Part shown: one piece after another, positions 36,669 through 47,109 of the stretch
Numbering within the stretch: position 1 is the first letter of the stretch
Layout of the letters: each line of letters begins with the position of its first letter
Assembly: GCA_045114635.1 (NCBI GenBank)
Contig: JBGUKY010000022.1
Span: 4,680-68,679 of the forward strand
From: Candidatus Enterousia sp.
GTDB taxonomy: Bacteria > Pseudomonadota > Alphaproteobacteria > Rs-D84
Length of the DNA stretch: 64,000 bases
Direction of reading: 5' to 3'
The notes under the pieces: generated by a model
Told to the model about the DNA's origin: nothing
The model's database searches: none
What the model saw: only the letters and a program-made list of their open reading frames with translations
Made by a program: the position numbers and the translations under genes

Positions 36669-39068
36669 TTATTCATTGTTTTGAACAACAACAAAATCGG
36701 TTTCTTTTCCCAAAATAATTTCATTTGCACGCGCCGCAGATTTAATAAGGCCATGCAAAATTTCTGGTGTATCACTTGGGATTGTCAAAGTTTCCAATTT
36801 TGCACCATTACCAATTTTTCTTTCTGTACGAAGCCCGCGAACATTTTTCAAAATATCCAGCGCAATATTCATTTGCGATACATCTGTATCGTATTCAGCA
36901 TTAACAATTGGATATTGTGTTAAATGTAATGTTTCGCCGCCTTCGAAATCTTTATAGATTTTTTGCCACAATTCTTCGGTAACAAATGGAATAAATGGTG
37001 CATACAAACCAATTATTGCACGCAATACTGTGTACAAAGTCCATTGTGCAGACAGCTTTGATTCAACACTGTATTTTTCAGGTGCCCAGAATCTGTCCTT
37101 GATAAATTCAAGATACTGGTCACAGAATATATCCCAGAAAAATGTATCAATCGCAGCACGTGAATTATAGTTGTCATATTTATCAAGATTCTTGCGCGTT
37201 TCTGCGATTGCCTTGTTCAATTCCGATAACACCCATCTGTCTTCAACAAAACGTTCAGATACTGGTATTTGCTTTGATGTTTTTGGATCAAAATCTGTAA
37301 GGTTCATCAAAACATATCTTGATGCATTCCAAAGTTTTGTTAACAATTTCGAACCGCGTTTAACCTCATCATCACTGTATCTTAAACTTGTTCCAATAGG
37401 TGCCGTTGCAATCCAATAACGCAATGCATCTGCGCCAAACTTGTCAACCGCTGACAATGGATCTGTACCATTACCCTTAGTCTTTGACATTTTTTGTCCC
37501 TTGGAATCCAGAACAAGACCATGGAAGTTCACGGTATGAAAAGGCACATCACCCATAACATACATACCCATCATAACCATACGCGCAACCCAGAAAAAGA
37601 TTATATCTGCGCCAGTATACAAAAGATCTGTTGGATAATACTTTTTCAATTCAAGCGTATCATCTGGCCAACCCAATGTTGAAAACGGCCAAAGCCCGGA
37701 AGAAAACCAAGTATCCAAAACATCGCTATCGCGTGTTAATGTTTTGCCACCAGATTGTTTTATTGCTTCTTCTTCTGTTTCTGCAACATAAACATTGCCT
37801 TCGCTATCATACCAGGCAGGTATATGGTGTCCCCACCACAACTGACGCGAAATGGTCCAAGGACGAATATTTTTCATCCATGCCATAAACAAATTATATC
37901 TGTGATCAGGCAAGAACTTTATTTTACCTTCTTCCACTGCTTTAATAGCAGGTTCTGCTAATTTTTCAGCATCAACAAACCATTGTGTTGTTAACATTGG
38001 TTCAACAGGCACATTACCGCGTTCTGAATATGGCGTTGGAATAATTTTATCTTCAATTTTAACCATTAAACCTGCTGCTTCCAAATCTTCAATAACAGCG
38101 TTACGCGCAACATATCGATCCATACCACGATATTTTTCTGGAACAACACTTTCATTATTTAATTTTGCATCCGGTGTTAAAATACACAAAGGTTCAAGAT
38201 TATGACGAACACCAACTTCCCAGTCGTCAAAGTCATGTGCAGGTGTAATTTTTACCGCACCGGTACCCTTTTCAGGATCAGCATGTTCATCGGCAATAAC
38301 TGGTATTTCAATATCTGTTAATGGGATAATTGCTGTCTTGCCAATCAAATGTTTCAATTTTTCGTTTTCTGGATGAACCGCAATCGCTTTATCACCGAAC
38401 AAAGTTTCTGGACGTGTAGTTGCAATTTCAATAAAACCACCATCTTTAAGTGGATAATTGAAATAATAAAATTTTCCATGTTCTTCACGCGTATCGATTT
38501 CCAAATCGGAAACAGAAGTCTGTTGTTTTGGGCACCAGTTCACAAGACGTTTTTCACGATAAATCAAGCCTTCGTTGTACATCTTTACAAATAATTTAGT
38601 AACCGCACGTGACAAACCTTCATCCATTGTGAATCTTTCACGTTTCCACACAGGCGTCACACCCAATACATGTAATTGGTTCATTATTTGTCCGCCCTTG
38701 TCAGCCTTCCATTGCCATGCATGATCTAATTTTTCTTCCAAAGACAAACTATGTGGATTGATACCACGTTTTGATAAATCACGTTCTACTAACAACTGTG
38801 TTGCGATTGAAGCATGATCGGTTCCTGGCTGCCACAAAACATCAAATCCAGCCATGCGTTTATAACGACAAACAATATCGGTCAACACATTATCCAATGC
38901 GTGCCCCATATGCAAGTTACCGGTCACATTTGGTGGAGGCATCATAACACAAAATGACTTCTTTGGAGATGTAACATCATTATCCCAAAAATGGTTATCA
39001 TCCCAAAACTTTTGTATTTTGGTTTCTAATTCGCGTGCTTCTATATTTTTACCCAATTCGATATTCAT
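36669..39068 (-). CDS. valS: valyl-tRNA synthetase (short, 799 aa; no C-terminal coiled-coil extension)
   Basis: PPPNVTGNLHMGHAL (HIGH region), TTRPETLFGD editing-domain motif, KMSKTKGN (KMSKS). The protein ends shortly after the anticodon-binding region. Confidence 0.95.
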   Translation of the reverse strand: MNIELGKNIEARELETKIQKFWDDNHFWDNDVTSPKKSFCVMMPPPNVTGNLHMGHALDNVLTDIVCRYKRMAGFDVLWQPGTDHASIATQLLVERDLSKRGINPHSLSLEEKLDHAWQWKADKGGQIMNQLHVLGVTPVWKRERFTMDEGLSRAVTKLFVKMYNEGLIYREKRLVNWCPKQQTSVSDLEIDTREEHGKFYYFNYPLKDGGFIEIATTRPETLFGDKAIAVHPENEKLKHLIGKTAIIPLTDIEIPVIADEHADPEKGTGAVKITPAHDFDDWEVGVRHNLEPLCILTPDAKLNNESVVPEKYRGMDRYVARNAVIEDLEAAGLMVKIEDKIIPTPYSERGNVPVEPMLTTQWFVDAEKLAEPAIKAVEEGKIKFLPDHRYNLFMAWMKNIRPWTISRQLWWGHHIPAWYDSEGNVYVAETEEEAIKQSGGKTLTRDSDVLDTWFSSGLWPFSTLGWPDDTLELKKYYPTDLLYTGADIIFFWVARMVMMGMYVMGDVPFHTVNFHGLVLDSKGQKMSKTKGNGTDPLSAVDKFGADALRYWIATAPIGTSLRYSDDEVKRGSKLLTKLWNASRYVLMNLTDFDPKTSKQIPVSERFVEDRWVLSELNKAIAETRKNLDKYDNYNSRAAIDTFFWDIFCDQYLEFIKDRFWAPEKYSVESKLSAQWTLYTVLRAIIGLYAPFIPFVTEELWQKIYKDFEGGETLHLTQYPIVNAEYDTDVSQMNIALDILKNVRGLRTERKIGNGAKLETLTIPSDTPEILHGLIKSAARANEIILGKETDFVVVQNNE

Positions 39069-39201
39069 TGTTTGCCTCTGTATTTTTCCAAGTCAAATTT
39101 TACACAATAAAAACATAAAATCAAGTAAATGAACGAAAAACGTTCCTAGTGAAAAACCGCGCCAAAAAGCATATGATTTTTATGTAAAAACTGGGGGACA
39201 C

Positions 39202-39564
39202 ATGAACAAAATCATCAAAATGCTTATCAAAGAATCTATTCATAACAACCGCATACATCATACAGCCACAAATATTGGCGATAAATACCTTGTTTTAGAC
39301 AAACAGGGGCACATTATATTGTCTGTTATAAATGGCTGGGCAACAAATAATTACAGTGTCTTTGTTAACAATAAAAATGTATTGGCTGTACATTGGGATC
39401 AAAGCAATTCAAAACCATTAACACCCGAACAAAAAGACATGGTCGATATAATCAACGCATGCAAAGAAAAAATAGACCTTCAAGAAACAGCCCAAACAAT
39501 GAACGGAACAGAACTGGAAATGGCTAATTTTTTACAAAAATCTTTGTGTGATATACGGCATTAA
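39202..39564 (+). CDS. hypothetical protein (120 aa)
   Basis: GGGGG SD-like run upstream of the ATG. No family recognised. 4-nt convergent overlap with comF. Confidence 0.5.
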   Translation: MNKIIKMLIKESIHNNRIHHTATNIGDKYLVLDKQGHIILSVINGWATNNYSVFVNNKNVLAVHWDQSNSKPLTPEQKDMVDIINACKEKIDLQETAQTMNGTELEMANFLQKSLCDIRH

Positions 39565-40283
39565 ATAGCATGCACAACACGACAGAAAGAAACCGCGTAT
39601 ACGGCATCAGCACCGGCCTTGCGTAAAACACGGTTCAATTCATAAAATGTTGCACCAGACGTCATAACATCATCAACAAGTAAAATCTTTTTACCCCGAA
39701 TATTATCTAATTTTTTAACATCAAATACACCACGTATATTTTCACGTCTTTGTCTTGCCGTTTTGTGTCCCATATCGTTTCTATATTTACGCGAAACACT
39801 ATCAACATCCAGAACCGCATTAAAATGTTTTGCAATTGGACGCGCCAATAACGTGGCCTGATTATATCCGCGCTTAAACAATCTTTTATATGCAAGCGGT
39901 ACAGGCAAAACAACATCTATATCCAGATTCAAATCACGCAAACAATTTATCATAGAATTAGACATCAATGTCTGATATTTCAACATTGACGCATGTTTAA
40001 ACGGTAACATTATATTTTTAGAAACATCATCATATACACATGCTGACCTGATAAAATCTAAATCACATTCACCCGCAGCACAATGCGGACAAAGTGGTGT
40101 TGGTCCTAAATCAAGATCAGCAGGGAAAGGATATCCACACTTAAAACATTTTGGATTTGATATCCAATTAAAACGCGACCAACATTTTGCACATAATGTT
40201 CCATGTACATCAACAAAATCGCCGCATACGGGACATACTGGGGGATATATAAATTTTAATAAAGATTTAAACAAACTTACCAC
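39561..40283 (-). CDS. comF: ComF-family phosphoribosyltransferase-like protein
   Basis: N-terminal double zinc-ribbon (CPVCG...CAKCW...CFKCG...CPHC) and a PRTase motif ILLVDDVMTSGAT. Confidence 0.8.
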   Translation of the reverse strand: MVSLFKSLLKFIYPPVCPVCGDFVDVHGTLCAKCWSRFNWISNPKCFKCGYPFPADLDLGPTPLCPHCAAGECDLDFIRSACVYDDVSKNIMLPFKHASMLKYQTLMSNSMINCLRDLNLDIDVVLPVPLAYKRLFKRGYNQATLLARPIAKHFNAVLDVDSVSRKYRNDMGHKTARQRRENIRGVFDVKKLDNIRGKKILLVDDVMTSGATFYELNRVLRKAGADAVYAVSFCRVVHAI

Positions 40284-41506
40284 GACATACTTTTGTATGT
40301 TTTTGTAGACACTGTATCACCAAACATATTGCGTTTTTGCTGACGCAAAGATTCGAATACATCACCAGAAATTATACGCAAAACAAACACATCATCATCA
40401 CGTTGTGATAATACTGGAATAATACGTTGATCAGCAATACCTGTATCACGCAAAACCTGTTCTACTATGGCCAAACGTTTAGCGGCCAATTTACGAGAAT
40501 CTTTACTGTGTGTCACAGATTCTGGTATTGCGATTTGAATAGCACGCTTTGGATTATTTACAACAATAGATGCTGTTTCTGTCAAAATGTTATAATTTTC
40601 ACGAGATAAACCACTGTCGCCATTAAGGAAAGATATCTTTATTTCCATTGGGCGAACACCGCCTTCCATTTCAGACAAATCACGCGCCGCTGAAAAACCT
40701 TCGCTATCAAAAGACATATCACTGACAGTATCAAATCTGTCATCAACTTGATATGTTGATAAATGTTTATTTTCTGACAAATATGTCTTTTTAAACGCCT
40801 TTTTCAATTCGTTTGGCGACATCTTTGTCATATCGTTTTTAACAGACGCCATCTTTGGTTCTGCGACATTTGTTGCGCTACGATTTGCAATTTGTTTTTG
40901 TGTGTCCATTGAAACAACATTACGACGAACAGAAACAGCCTTTTCAGCATCAGGTTTTGTCATAACATTCGTGCTACCTGCAATAGGTGTACGCACAGTT
41001 ACAGGTCTTGCATTTGCCATTTGATTTTCCAATTCAGACAAACGCGCAACTTCTGCTCGCAATTGTTTTAATTCGTTCAATGCTTCATCACGAGAAACAC
41101 GATTTGAAACTGATTGCCCAGCGCTTGCAAGTTGGAAAGATTCAGAGTCCAAACTTTCTTCTGGCAACATCGCATCTGATCTTATAACAGCAATTTCATC
41201 CATACGTGGCATACGAAGTGGTGCATCTGTATTTCGCGCCCACAAATCAGAACTTGGACGATTTGGTTTTAAAACATCAGCGGCAACCGTTGGCGCCGTC
41301 ATTTTTGTAGCACTACGCGCAACAACTTTTCTTTCTGTTTTTGCAACAGGTGCAACCGCAACTGTTCTTTGCGAAACAATTTCTTCACCGAAAGCTGCAC
41401 GTGCAGACACATCTCCACGTGACACATCAACAACAGGCAAATACGCCGCATTTGCGCCACTTACAGTCATTAAACACAAAACAAAAATCGATGAAAAATA
41501 TTTCAT
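40277..41506 (-). CDS. secreted protein with coiled-coil and degenerate OmpA/MotB-like C-terminal domain
   Basis: Signal peptide (LCLMTVSGANA), a long low-complexity region, and a coiled coil (LNELKQLRAEVARLSELENQ). The C-terminus (IKISFLNGDSGLSRENYNILTE...RKLAAKRLAIVEQVLRDTGI) loosely follows the OmpA_C pattern. 7-nt overlap with comF. Confidence 0.55.
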   Translation of the reverse strand: MKYFSSIFVLCLMTVSGANAAYLPVVDVSRGDVSARAAFGEEIVSQRTVAVAPVAKTERKVVARSATKMTAPTVAADVLKPNRPSSDLWARNTDAPLRMPRMDEIAVIRSDAMLPEESLDSESFQLASAGQSVSNRVSRDEALNELKQLRAEVARLSELENQMANARPVTVRTPIAGSTNVMTKPDAEKAVSVRRNVVSMDTQKQIANRSATNVAEPKMASVKNDMTKMSPNELKKAFKKTYLSENKHLSTYQVDDRFDTVSDMSFDSEGFSAARDLSEMEGGVRPMEIKISFLNGDSGLSRENYNILTETASIVVNNPKRAIQIAIPESVTHSKDSRKLAAKRLAIVEQVLRDTGIADQRIIPVLSQRDDDVFVLRIISGDVFESLRQQKRNMFGDTVSTKTYKSMSW

Positions 41507-41558
41507 TCCTTTCCTTCCTTAGACTAATCATAGAACAAATCACGAATCGGGGGCAAGT

Positions 41559-41587
41559 AAAAAAATGCCCGAACGGGCATTTTTTAT
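41559..41587 (-). terminator. intrinsic terminator after murG
   Basis: AAAAAATGCCC-GAAC-GGGCATTTTTT. Overlaps the murG stop codon. Confidence 0.7.
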
Positions 41588-42630
41588 TTTGTAACTGTAT
41601 CGGCTATTTTTTGAACTGCTAAATTCTCCACATAAGACTTGCTTGCCATCTTATCAAGACGCGTTGGATTATCAAACAAATCATCAAGTGTGGCACTTAA
41701 CCATTTAGCTGTGAATTTACTTTGTTCAATATTGAAACCACCACCAAGTTTTGCAAAAGAAGTCGCATTTGCCGCCTGATCTGGATTGATATTTAACGGA
41801 ACCAATATTGCCGGACGTCCAATTGTTTCTAATTCGACAACAGTACTTGCCCCACTTCGTCCAATAACCATATCCGCATCAATAATTGTTGATGCCATAT
41901 CACGAATAAAAGATAACACATTAGCATGAATTTTATGGGACGCATAAAAACGTTGCAACTTTTCTACATTTTCAGGACGCGTTTGATGTGTAACGAATAT
42001 TTTCTTATTTTTTATCCCAGCAATAGCAACAGGCACAATTTCGTCCAATATCTGTGCACCAAGAGATCCACCTGTCACCAAAATCTTGTTTTCGTGTTTT
42101 AATGGGGCATTCGCATTTTTTATAAAATCATCTCTTACTGGAAGCCCTGTATAAACAACTCGCACATTTGTATTGTTTGGGATACCATCCACATGTTCAA
42201 AACTTGTCATCAAAGTTTTAACCCAACGCATAGCAAATTTATTCGCACGTCCAATCGCAGCATTTTGTTCATGTAAATATGTTGGTATTTTCCAAACATG
42301 CGCTGCAAAAACAGCAGGCACAGACGCATACCCACCGAAAGCGACCAATTTATCAGGTCTTGAAAACACAAAACGTAATATTAAAGCAACAGCAGATACA
42401 CCTATCTTGGCAAGCGCAATCATTTGTTGAATTTTCGATTTCGCACCAACGCCTGCGGCCCAAATAAACGCGACTCGTGCTCTTGCAGGCTTACCATCTT
42501 TGACCATCTTCATAACACGGCCATCTGTCGAAATCGTTATTTTATGCCCACGTCTTTCCAGTTCTTTGGCAACGCTTAAAGCAGGAAACACATGTCCACC
42601 TGTTCCGCCTGTTGCAATCCATATTTTCAT
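41584..42630 (-). CDS. murG: UDP-N-acetylglucosamine-N-acetylmuramyl-(pentapeptide) pyrophosphoryl-undecaprenol GlcNAc transferase
   Basis: 348 aa. IATGGTGGHVFPALSVA N-terminus, VTGGSLGA, RSGASTVVELETIGRPAILVP. Confidence 0.9.
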   Translation of the reverse strand: MKIWIATGGTGGHVFPALSVAKELERRGHKITISTDGRVMKMVKDGKPARARVAFIWAAGVGAKSKIQQMIALAKIGVSAVALILRFVFSRPDKLVAFGGYASVPAVFAAHVWKIPTYLHEQNAAIGRANKFAMRWVKTLMTSFEHVDGIPNNTNVRVVYTGLPVRDDFIKNANAPLKHENKILVTGGSLGAQILDEIVPVAIAGIKNKKIFVTHQTRPENVEKLQRFYASHKIHANVLSFIRDMASTIIDADMVIGRSGASTVVELETIGRPAILVPLNINPDQAANATSFAKLGGGFNIEQSKFTAKWLSATLDDLFDNPTRLDKMASKSYVENLAVQKIADTVTK

Positions 42631-42644
42631 ATCTTACCCCCGAT

Positions 42645-43802
42645 TTATCTATTCCATGTGTCTTCACGAATAAGCGCCAAAACTATTCCAAATAACACAC
42701 AAAAAGTTATAAAGGAAACACCACCATAAGAAACAAATGGCAACGTCATACCTTTATCTATAATCAAATGAAGTGCTGTAGTTAAATTAAAACATATTTG
42801 TCCTGCAAATACTGCGGCCGCCCCTGCAAGAGCATAAACAACAAAGTCATCACGCGCTGATACTGCATGTCGTATCAACTTACTAAAAACAAGAAACAAT
42901 AACAAAACTAAAGCACAAGCACCTATGGCACCCCAATCTTCCGCAATAGAAGCATAAACAAAGTCGTTTATAGATTCAGGTAAAACATCTTTGACATACG
43001 CTTCTTCCCCACTTCCGAAAAGACCACCATGTTTAATAGAGTTTATTGAATACCATGCCTGTGTTCGTGGAACTATGTCAAAAATATGTGCAGCGCGTGC
43101 GCGAATATGTGGCATAAAAGCTATTGCTGCGGCACCAAGAGCTGCAAAGCCACCAAATGCTGCCGGCAAAAACTTTAATGGGAAACCCGCAACAAACGCC
43201 ATTATAAATAAAACACCACAATACAAAACAGCCGTTCCTACATCAGGATGTCTAAACATCAATGCCACACACAGCGCAAATATTGCCAGATACGGCCACC
43301 AACTTTGCCATTTCGCACGCCATGCATCTTTATTAAGGAATATATCACTTCCATACAATTTATGCATGTATGATAAAAACCAGGCTGTTACAACAATAAA
43401 GAAAGGTTTTAATATATCAGCAGGCATAAAAAATGTCCTGCCGTTTAAACCAATCCATCTATGACTTCCGTTTTTGATAACCTGAAAAGGGTTATGAAAA
43501 GAAGTTAGCAACAATGCGATTATCCCGACAGCCAATCCCACAACAGATATTCGTATGATTTGCTTTTTACTCAACATACTGAAACCAAACAAACATAACA
43601 AACCAAATGTATATGGAACAAACCCTTGTTTAATATAATGAAACCAAGGATTTCCTAAACGTGCAGCATCAGCGGATCCAGCGGTTATCATAGTAAACAG
43701 GCCGATTGCTACTAAGCCCAGAATTACCAACAATAAATTTCTGTCTATTTCAAAATACCAACCTGTTAATTTGCTTTCTTCGCCATGCGTGATTCTTAAC
43801 AT
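42645..43802 (-). CDS. ftsW: SEDS-family cell division protein FtsW
   Basis: 385 aa, 10 TM. SEDS motifs (RWIGLNGRTFFMPADILKP, DFVYASIAEDWG, GMTLPFVSYGG). Position between mraY and murG. Confidence 0.9.
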   Translation of the reverse strand: MLRITHGEESKLTGWYFEIDRNLLLVILGLVAIGLFTMITAGSADAARLGNPWFHYIKQGFVPYTFGLLCLFGFSMLSKKQIIRISVVGLAVGIIALLLTSFHNPFQVIKNGSHRWIGLNGRTFFMPADILKPFFIVVTAWFLSYMHKLYGSDIFLNKDAWRAKWQSWWPYLAIFALCVALMFRHPDVGTAVLYCGVLFIMAFVAGFPLKFLPAAFGGFAALGAAAIAFMPHIRARAAHIFDIVPRTQAWYSINSIKHGGLFGSGEEAYVKDVLPESINDFVYASIAEDWGAIGACALVLLLFLVFSKLIRHAVSARDDFVVYALAGAAAVFAGQICFNLTTALHLIIDKGMTLPFVSYGGVSFITFCVLFGIVLALIREDTWNR

Positions 43803-43814
43803 TTACGATACCTA

Positions 43815-44918
43815 TTATGCAAACTTCAACAATATCAATGCCAATCCCGAAAACAAAATAGACAAGACAAAAAATCTATCTACTATTTTTGTTTCTGACC
43901 ATCCAAGTTCTTCAAAATGATGATGTAATGGTGCACGCAAAAATATTCTTTTGCCTTCACCTGTCAATTTACGTGTTGCCTTAAAGAACATTGTTTGTAT
44001 AAACGAAGACAATAAAATCAATACCATCATACCTGCTGCAACTCCCATGATGATTTCTGATTTAAGCAACATTGCAACCGTTCCCATAAAACCACCAAGT
44101 GCAAGTGATCCAACATCACCCATAAATATGCTCGCGGGTTTTGCGTTAAACCACAAAAATCCAAGAACACCGCCAAAAACAGCACCCAATACACCATAAA
44201 GCGCGCTTGTTTGAGGTAAGAATATAACAGCATCCATAAATCCTGTACGTGTTGCACCATACAATGCCACAACCAAAACAATCAATACTGGCAAATAAAG
44301 TTTAGAAAGCATTCCGTCCAAACCATCCGTGATATTTGTCGCATTCGCAGAACCACATATTACAAAATATGCGAATACATAATACAAGAAACCAACACCC
44401 CAAGCCGCCAAAGGCAATTCAATACTTGATCCTAGAACGATTGATAAATTAGGAACATACCCTGGCATTGTTTTATTTATAAAATACGCCAAAATACCAA
44501 CACATATTGCTTCCAAACCTAAACGCATAGACGGAGACAAACCATTTGATGCTTTCTTTGATTGGCTGCTTATTTTTTTATAATCATCAACGAAACCTAT
44601 CGTTCCAAACATAAGCAATGAAGCAAGCGCTATCCAACCTGTTGCATTATGCATTGGCATAAACAAAAGAGAAGCAACAAACACAGCAATCAAAATTAAA
44701 ACACCACCCATTGATGGAGTACCTGCTTTCTTTTTGTGTTCTGCTGGAACATTTTCACTTATTGGTTGGCCATCACCTTGGATTTTATGCATCAATCTTA
44801 TAAACCCACGTCCAAACACAATCATTATCAAAAAAGCCATTCCAAAAGCGGCCGCAAATTGTGTCCAACCACTTGCAAAAAATTGTATTCCGCGGCTTAT
44901 TAAAAAATCAGTCAGCAT
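43815..44918 (-). CDS. mraY: phospho-N-acetylmuramoyl-pentapeptide transferase
   Basis: 367 aa. KAGTPSMGG, NATNITDGLDG, MGDVGSLALGG, APLHHHFE motifs. Confidence 0.95.
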   Translation of the reverse strand: MLTDFLISRGIQFFASGWTQFAAAFGMAFLIMIVFGRGFIRLMHKIQGDGQPISENVPAEHKKKAGTPSMGGVLILIAVFVASLLFMPMHNATGWIALASLLMFGTIGFVDDYKKISSQSKKASNGLSPSMRLGLEAICVGILAYFINKTMPGYVPNLSIVLGSSIELPLAAWGVGFLYYVFAYFVICGSANATNITDGLDGMLSKLYLPVLIVLVVALYGATRTGFMDAVIFLPQTSALYGVLGAVFGGVLGFLWFNAKPASIFMGDVGSLALGGFMGTVAMLLKSEIIMGVAAGMMVLILLSSFIQTMFFKATRKLTGEGKRIFLRAPLHHHFEELGWSETKIVDRFFVLSILFSGLALILLKFA

Positions 44919-44987
44919 AAAAAACTCCTTTTATACTGACTATTTTATCATAAAAAAAGACCAAACAAAATGAATATCTGTATATTT

Positions 44988-47036
44988 TTAAAATATGCCC
45001 CCAACCACAGCTTTTTCAACTTGTTTTTCAGCATTTTGTGGTTTATTAGGATATTGACCTTCCTTGAAAACTTCATTAACAATTATACCTTCTGGATCTT
45101 GTGATGCAGCAACACCTGTATTTCTGTTGACACGAACAAAAGTCAAACCGTCCGGCACAGAAAATGGCTGATTACTTTCGTCTTTTAATGCGACTTTCAT
45201 AAAATCAGCAAACACACGTGCCGCCATATGAGAACCAGCACCTTTGCCTAATGGTTTTGGTGTGTCATATCCCAAATAAACACCAGCAATCAGATTTTTA
45301 GAAAAACCGATAAACCAAACATCTTTCACCATATTTGTTGTTCCTGTTTTTCCAGCAATTGTATGACCTGCAACACGCGCTTGTTTACCAGTACCGCGTT
45401 CCACAGCACCCTGTAATATAGAAACTAACTGGTATAAACTTTGTGGATCAGACAAAGGTTCTGATTTTTCTTCTTCCTTTGGTGGCATCAATGCAACATT
45501 CCAGTCAATCTGCTGATGTTTTTTTCCACCCAATACATTACCGTATCTATCTTCGATATAATCCACCATTTTGGGTTCAATCGCACGGCCACCATTTATA
45601 AATGCAGAATATCCCAATACCAATTTCTGCAATGTTGTTTCACCACTCCCCAGGGCCAATGATTCATTCATCTGCGATAAATCTTTTGGGTACACACCAA
45701 ATCTTTGTGCTGTATCAATAGAATCACGAACACCAATTTGTTCAACCAATCGAACAGTTGGTACGTTACGTGATGTTTCAAGTGAAAAACGAAGTGGAAT
45801 ATTTCCTAAAAACTTTCTGTCGTAATTTTCAGGTTTCCATTCTTTATTATTTTCACGCCAACCAACGATAGGTGCATCTAATATTAAACTTTCAGGACTA
45901 TACCCTTTTTCAAGTGCAGCCAGATACACAAAAGGTTTTATTGTTGAACCAATTTGACGATACGCTTGCGTTGCACGATTAAAGGAACTTTCTTTAAAAG
46001 AACGCCCGCCAGACATCGCCAAAATACGTCCGGTATGTGGATTCATCGCAATAATAGCACCTTGTAATTTTGGTTCTGTTGCAGATTTATTTTTATTAAA
46101 TTCATCCAATTCTTTACTCAATGCGGCAGTGGCGGCTCTTTGAAATTCCGGATTAATTGTGGTCTTTATATAAAGTCCTTCGTTATATAAAGTATCTCGC
46201 CCTATACTTTCCAATAATTTACGACGTACATCTTCGGCAAAATATTGGAAATCCATTTCCATTTGTGCTGTAAATCCAGTGTTTATATCCAATGGTTCCT
46301 TCATTGCTTCATCGGCCATTTCTTGTGTTATATAACCATCATCAACCATACGGCGCAAAACATAATTGCGACGTTCGACAGCCCGATTTCTGTCGTTTGG
46401 AGCTTTTGGTAAAGACGCTAAAAACGCACATTCTGACAAAGTTAATTCTTTTACAGGTTTATTAAAATACATCAATGCAGCAGATCCGACCCCATATGCG
46501 CGTGCACCAAGAAATATTTCATTCAAATAAAGAGTCATTATGTGTTTTTTTGAAAAACTACGTTCCAAACGCAACGCCAAAATTGCTTCCTTGACCTTTC
46601 TGGAAATAGTTCTATCCGAAGTCAAAAAGAAATTTTTTGCTACTTGCTGTGTGATTGTTGATGCTCCGGTAAATTTGGTATCAAAACCCAACAGTCGCAT
46701 ACCATTGTTAAGACTTGCACGAATAATACCTTGGACATCAATACCAGGATGTGTCCAAAAGTTTTGATCTTCAGCGGCGATAAAAGCGTTTATTAACTGT
46801 GGTGGCATATCATCAAAATCAATAAACACACGTCTTTCTTCTGCATATTCTATAAGCAAAGATCCATCAGAAGCGTACAAACGTGTTGCCACAGGTGGTG
46901 TATATGTTGCCAATTTTTTATAATCTGGCAAATCGTGTCCATGAATCAAAACTAACACCGCCAAACCAGCAATAACGGCGACAATGCACCAAAAAATAAA
47001 GTTAATAAATATACGAAAATATTTTTTAAATTTCAT
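44988..47036 (-). CDS. mrcA: bifunctional class A penicillin-binding protein (PBP1A-type glycosyltransferase/transpeptidase)
   Basis: GT51 motifs EDQNFWTHPGID, GASTITQQ, RKVKEA. Transpeptidase motifs STIKP, SRN, KTGTT. Confidence 0.9.
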   Translation of the reverse strand: MKFKKYFRIFINFIFWCIVAVIAGLAVLVLIHGHDLPDYKKLATYTPPVATRLYASDGSLLIEYAEERRVFIDFDDMPPQLINAFIAAEDQNFWTHPGIDVQGIIRASLNNGMRLLGFDTKFTGASTITQQVAKNFFLTSDRTISRKVKEAILALRLERSFSKKHIMTLYLNEIFLGARAYGVGSAALMYFNKPVKELTLSECAFLASLPKAPNDRNRAVERRNYVLRRMVDDGYITQEMADEAMKEPLDINTGFTAQMEMDFQYFAEDVRRKLLESIGRDTLYNEGLYIKTTINPEFQRAATAALSKELDEFNKNKSATEPKLQGAIIAMNPHTGRILAMSGGRSFKESSFNRATQAYRQIGSTIKPFVYLAALEKGYSPESLILDAPIVGWRENNKEWKPENYDRKFLGNIPLRFSLETSRNVPTVRLVEQIGVRDSIDTAQRFGVYPKDLSQMNESLALGSGETTLQKLVLGYSAFINGGRAIEPKMVDYIEDRYGNVLGGKKHQQIDWNVALMPPKEEEKSEPLSDPQSLYQLVSILQGAVERGTGKQARVAGHTIAGKTGTTNMVKDVWFIGFSKNLIAGVYLGYDTPKPLGKGAGSHMAARVFADFMKVALKDESNQPFSVPDGLTFVRVNRNTGVAASQDPEGIIVNEVFKEGQYPNKPQNAEKQVEKAVVGGIF

Positions 47037-47083
47037 AAAGTTAATTTTATGCTAAATATTTTGACAATGCAAGTTAATGAATT

Positions 47084-47108
47084 AAAAAAACCGGCGATGC
47101 CGGTCAAT
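47084..47108 (-). terminator. intrinsic terminator after the SuhB-like gene
   Basis: Minus strand reads GACCGGC-ATCG-CCGGTTTTTTTT. Confidence 0.7.
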
Positions 47109-47109
47109 T

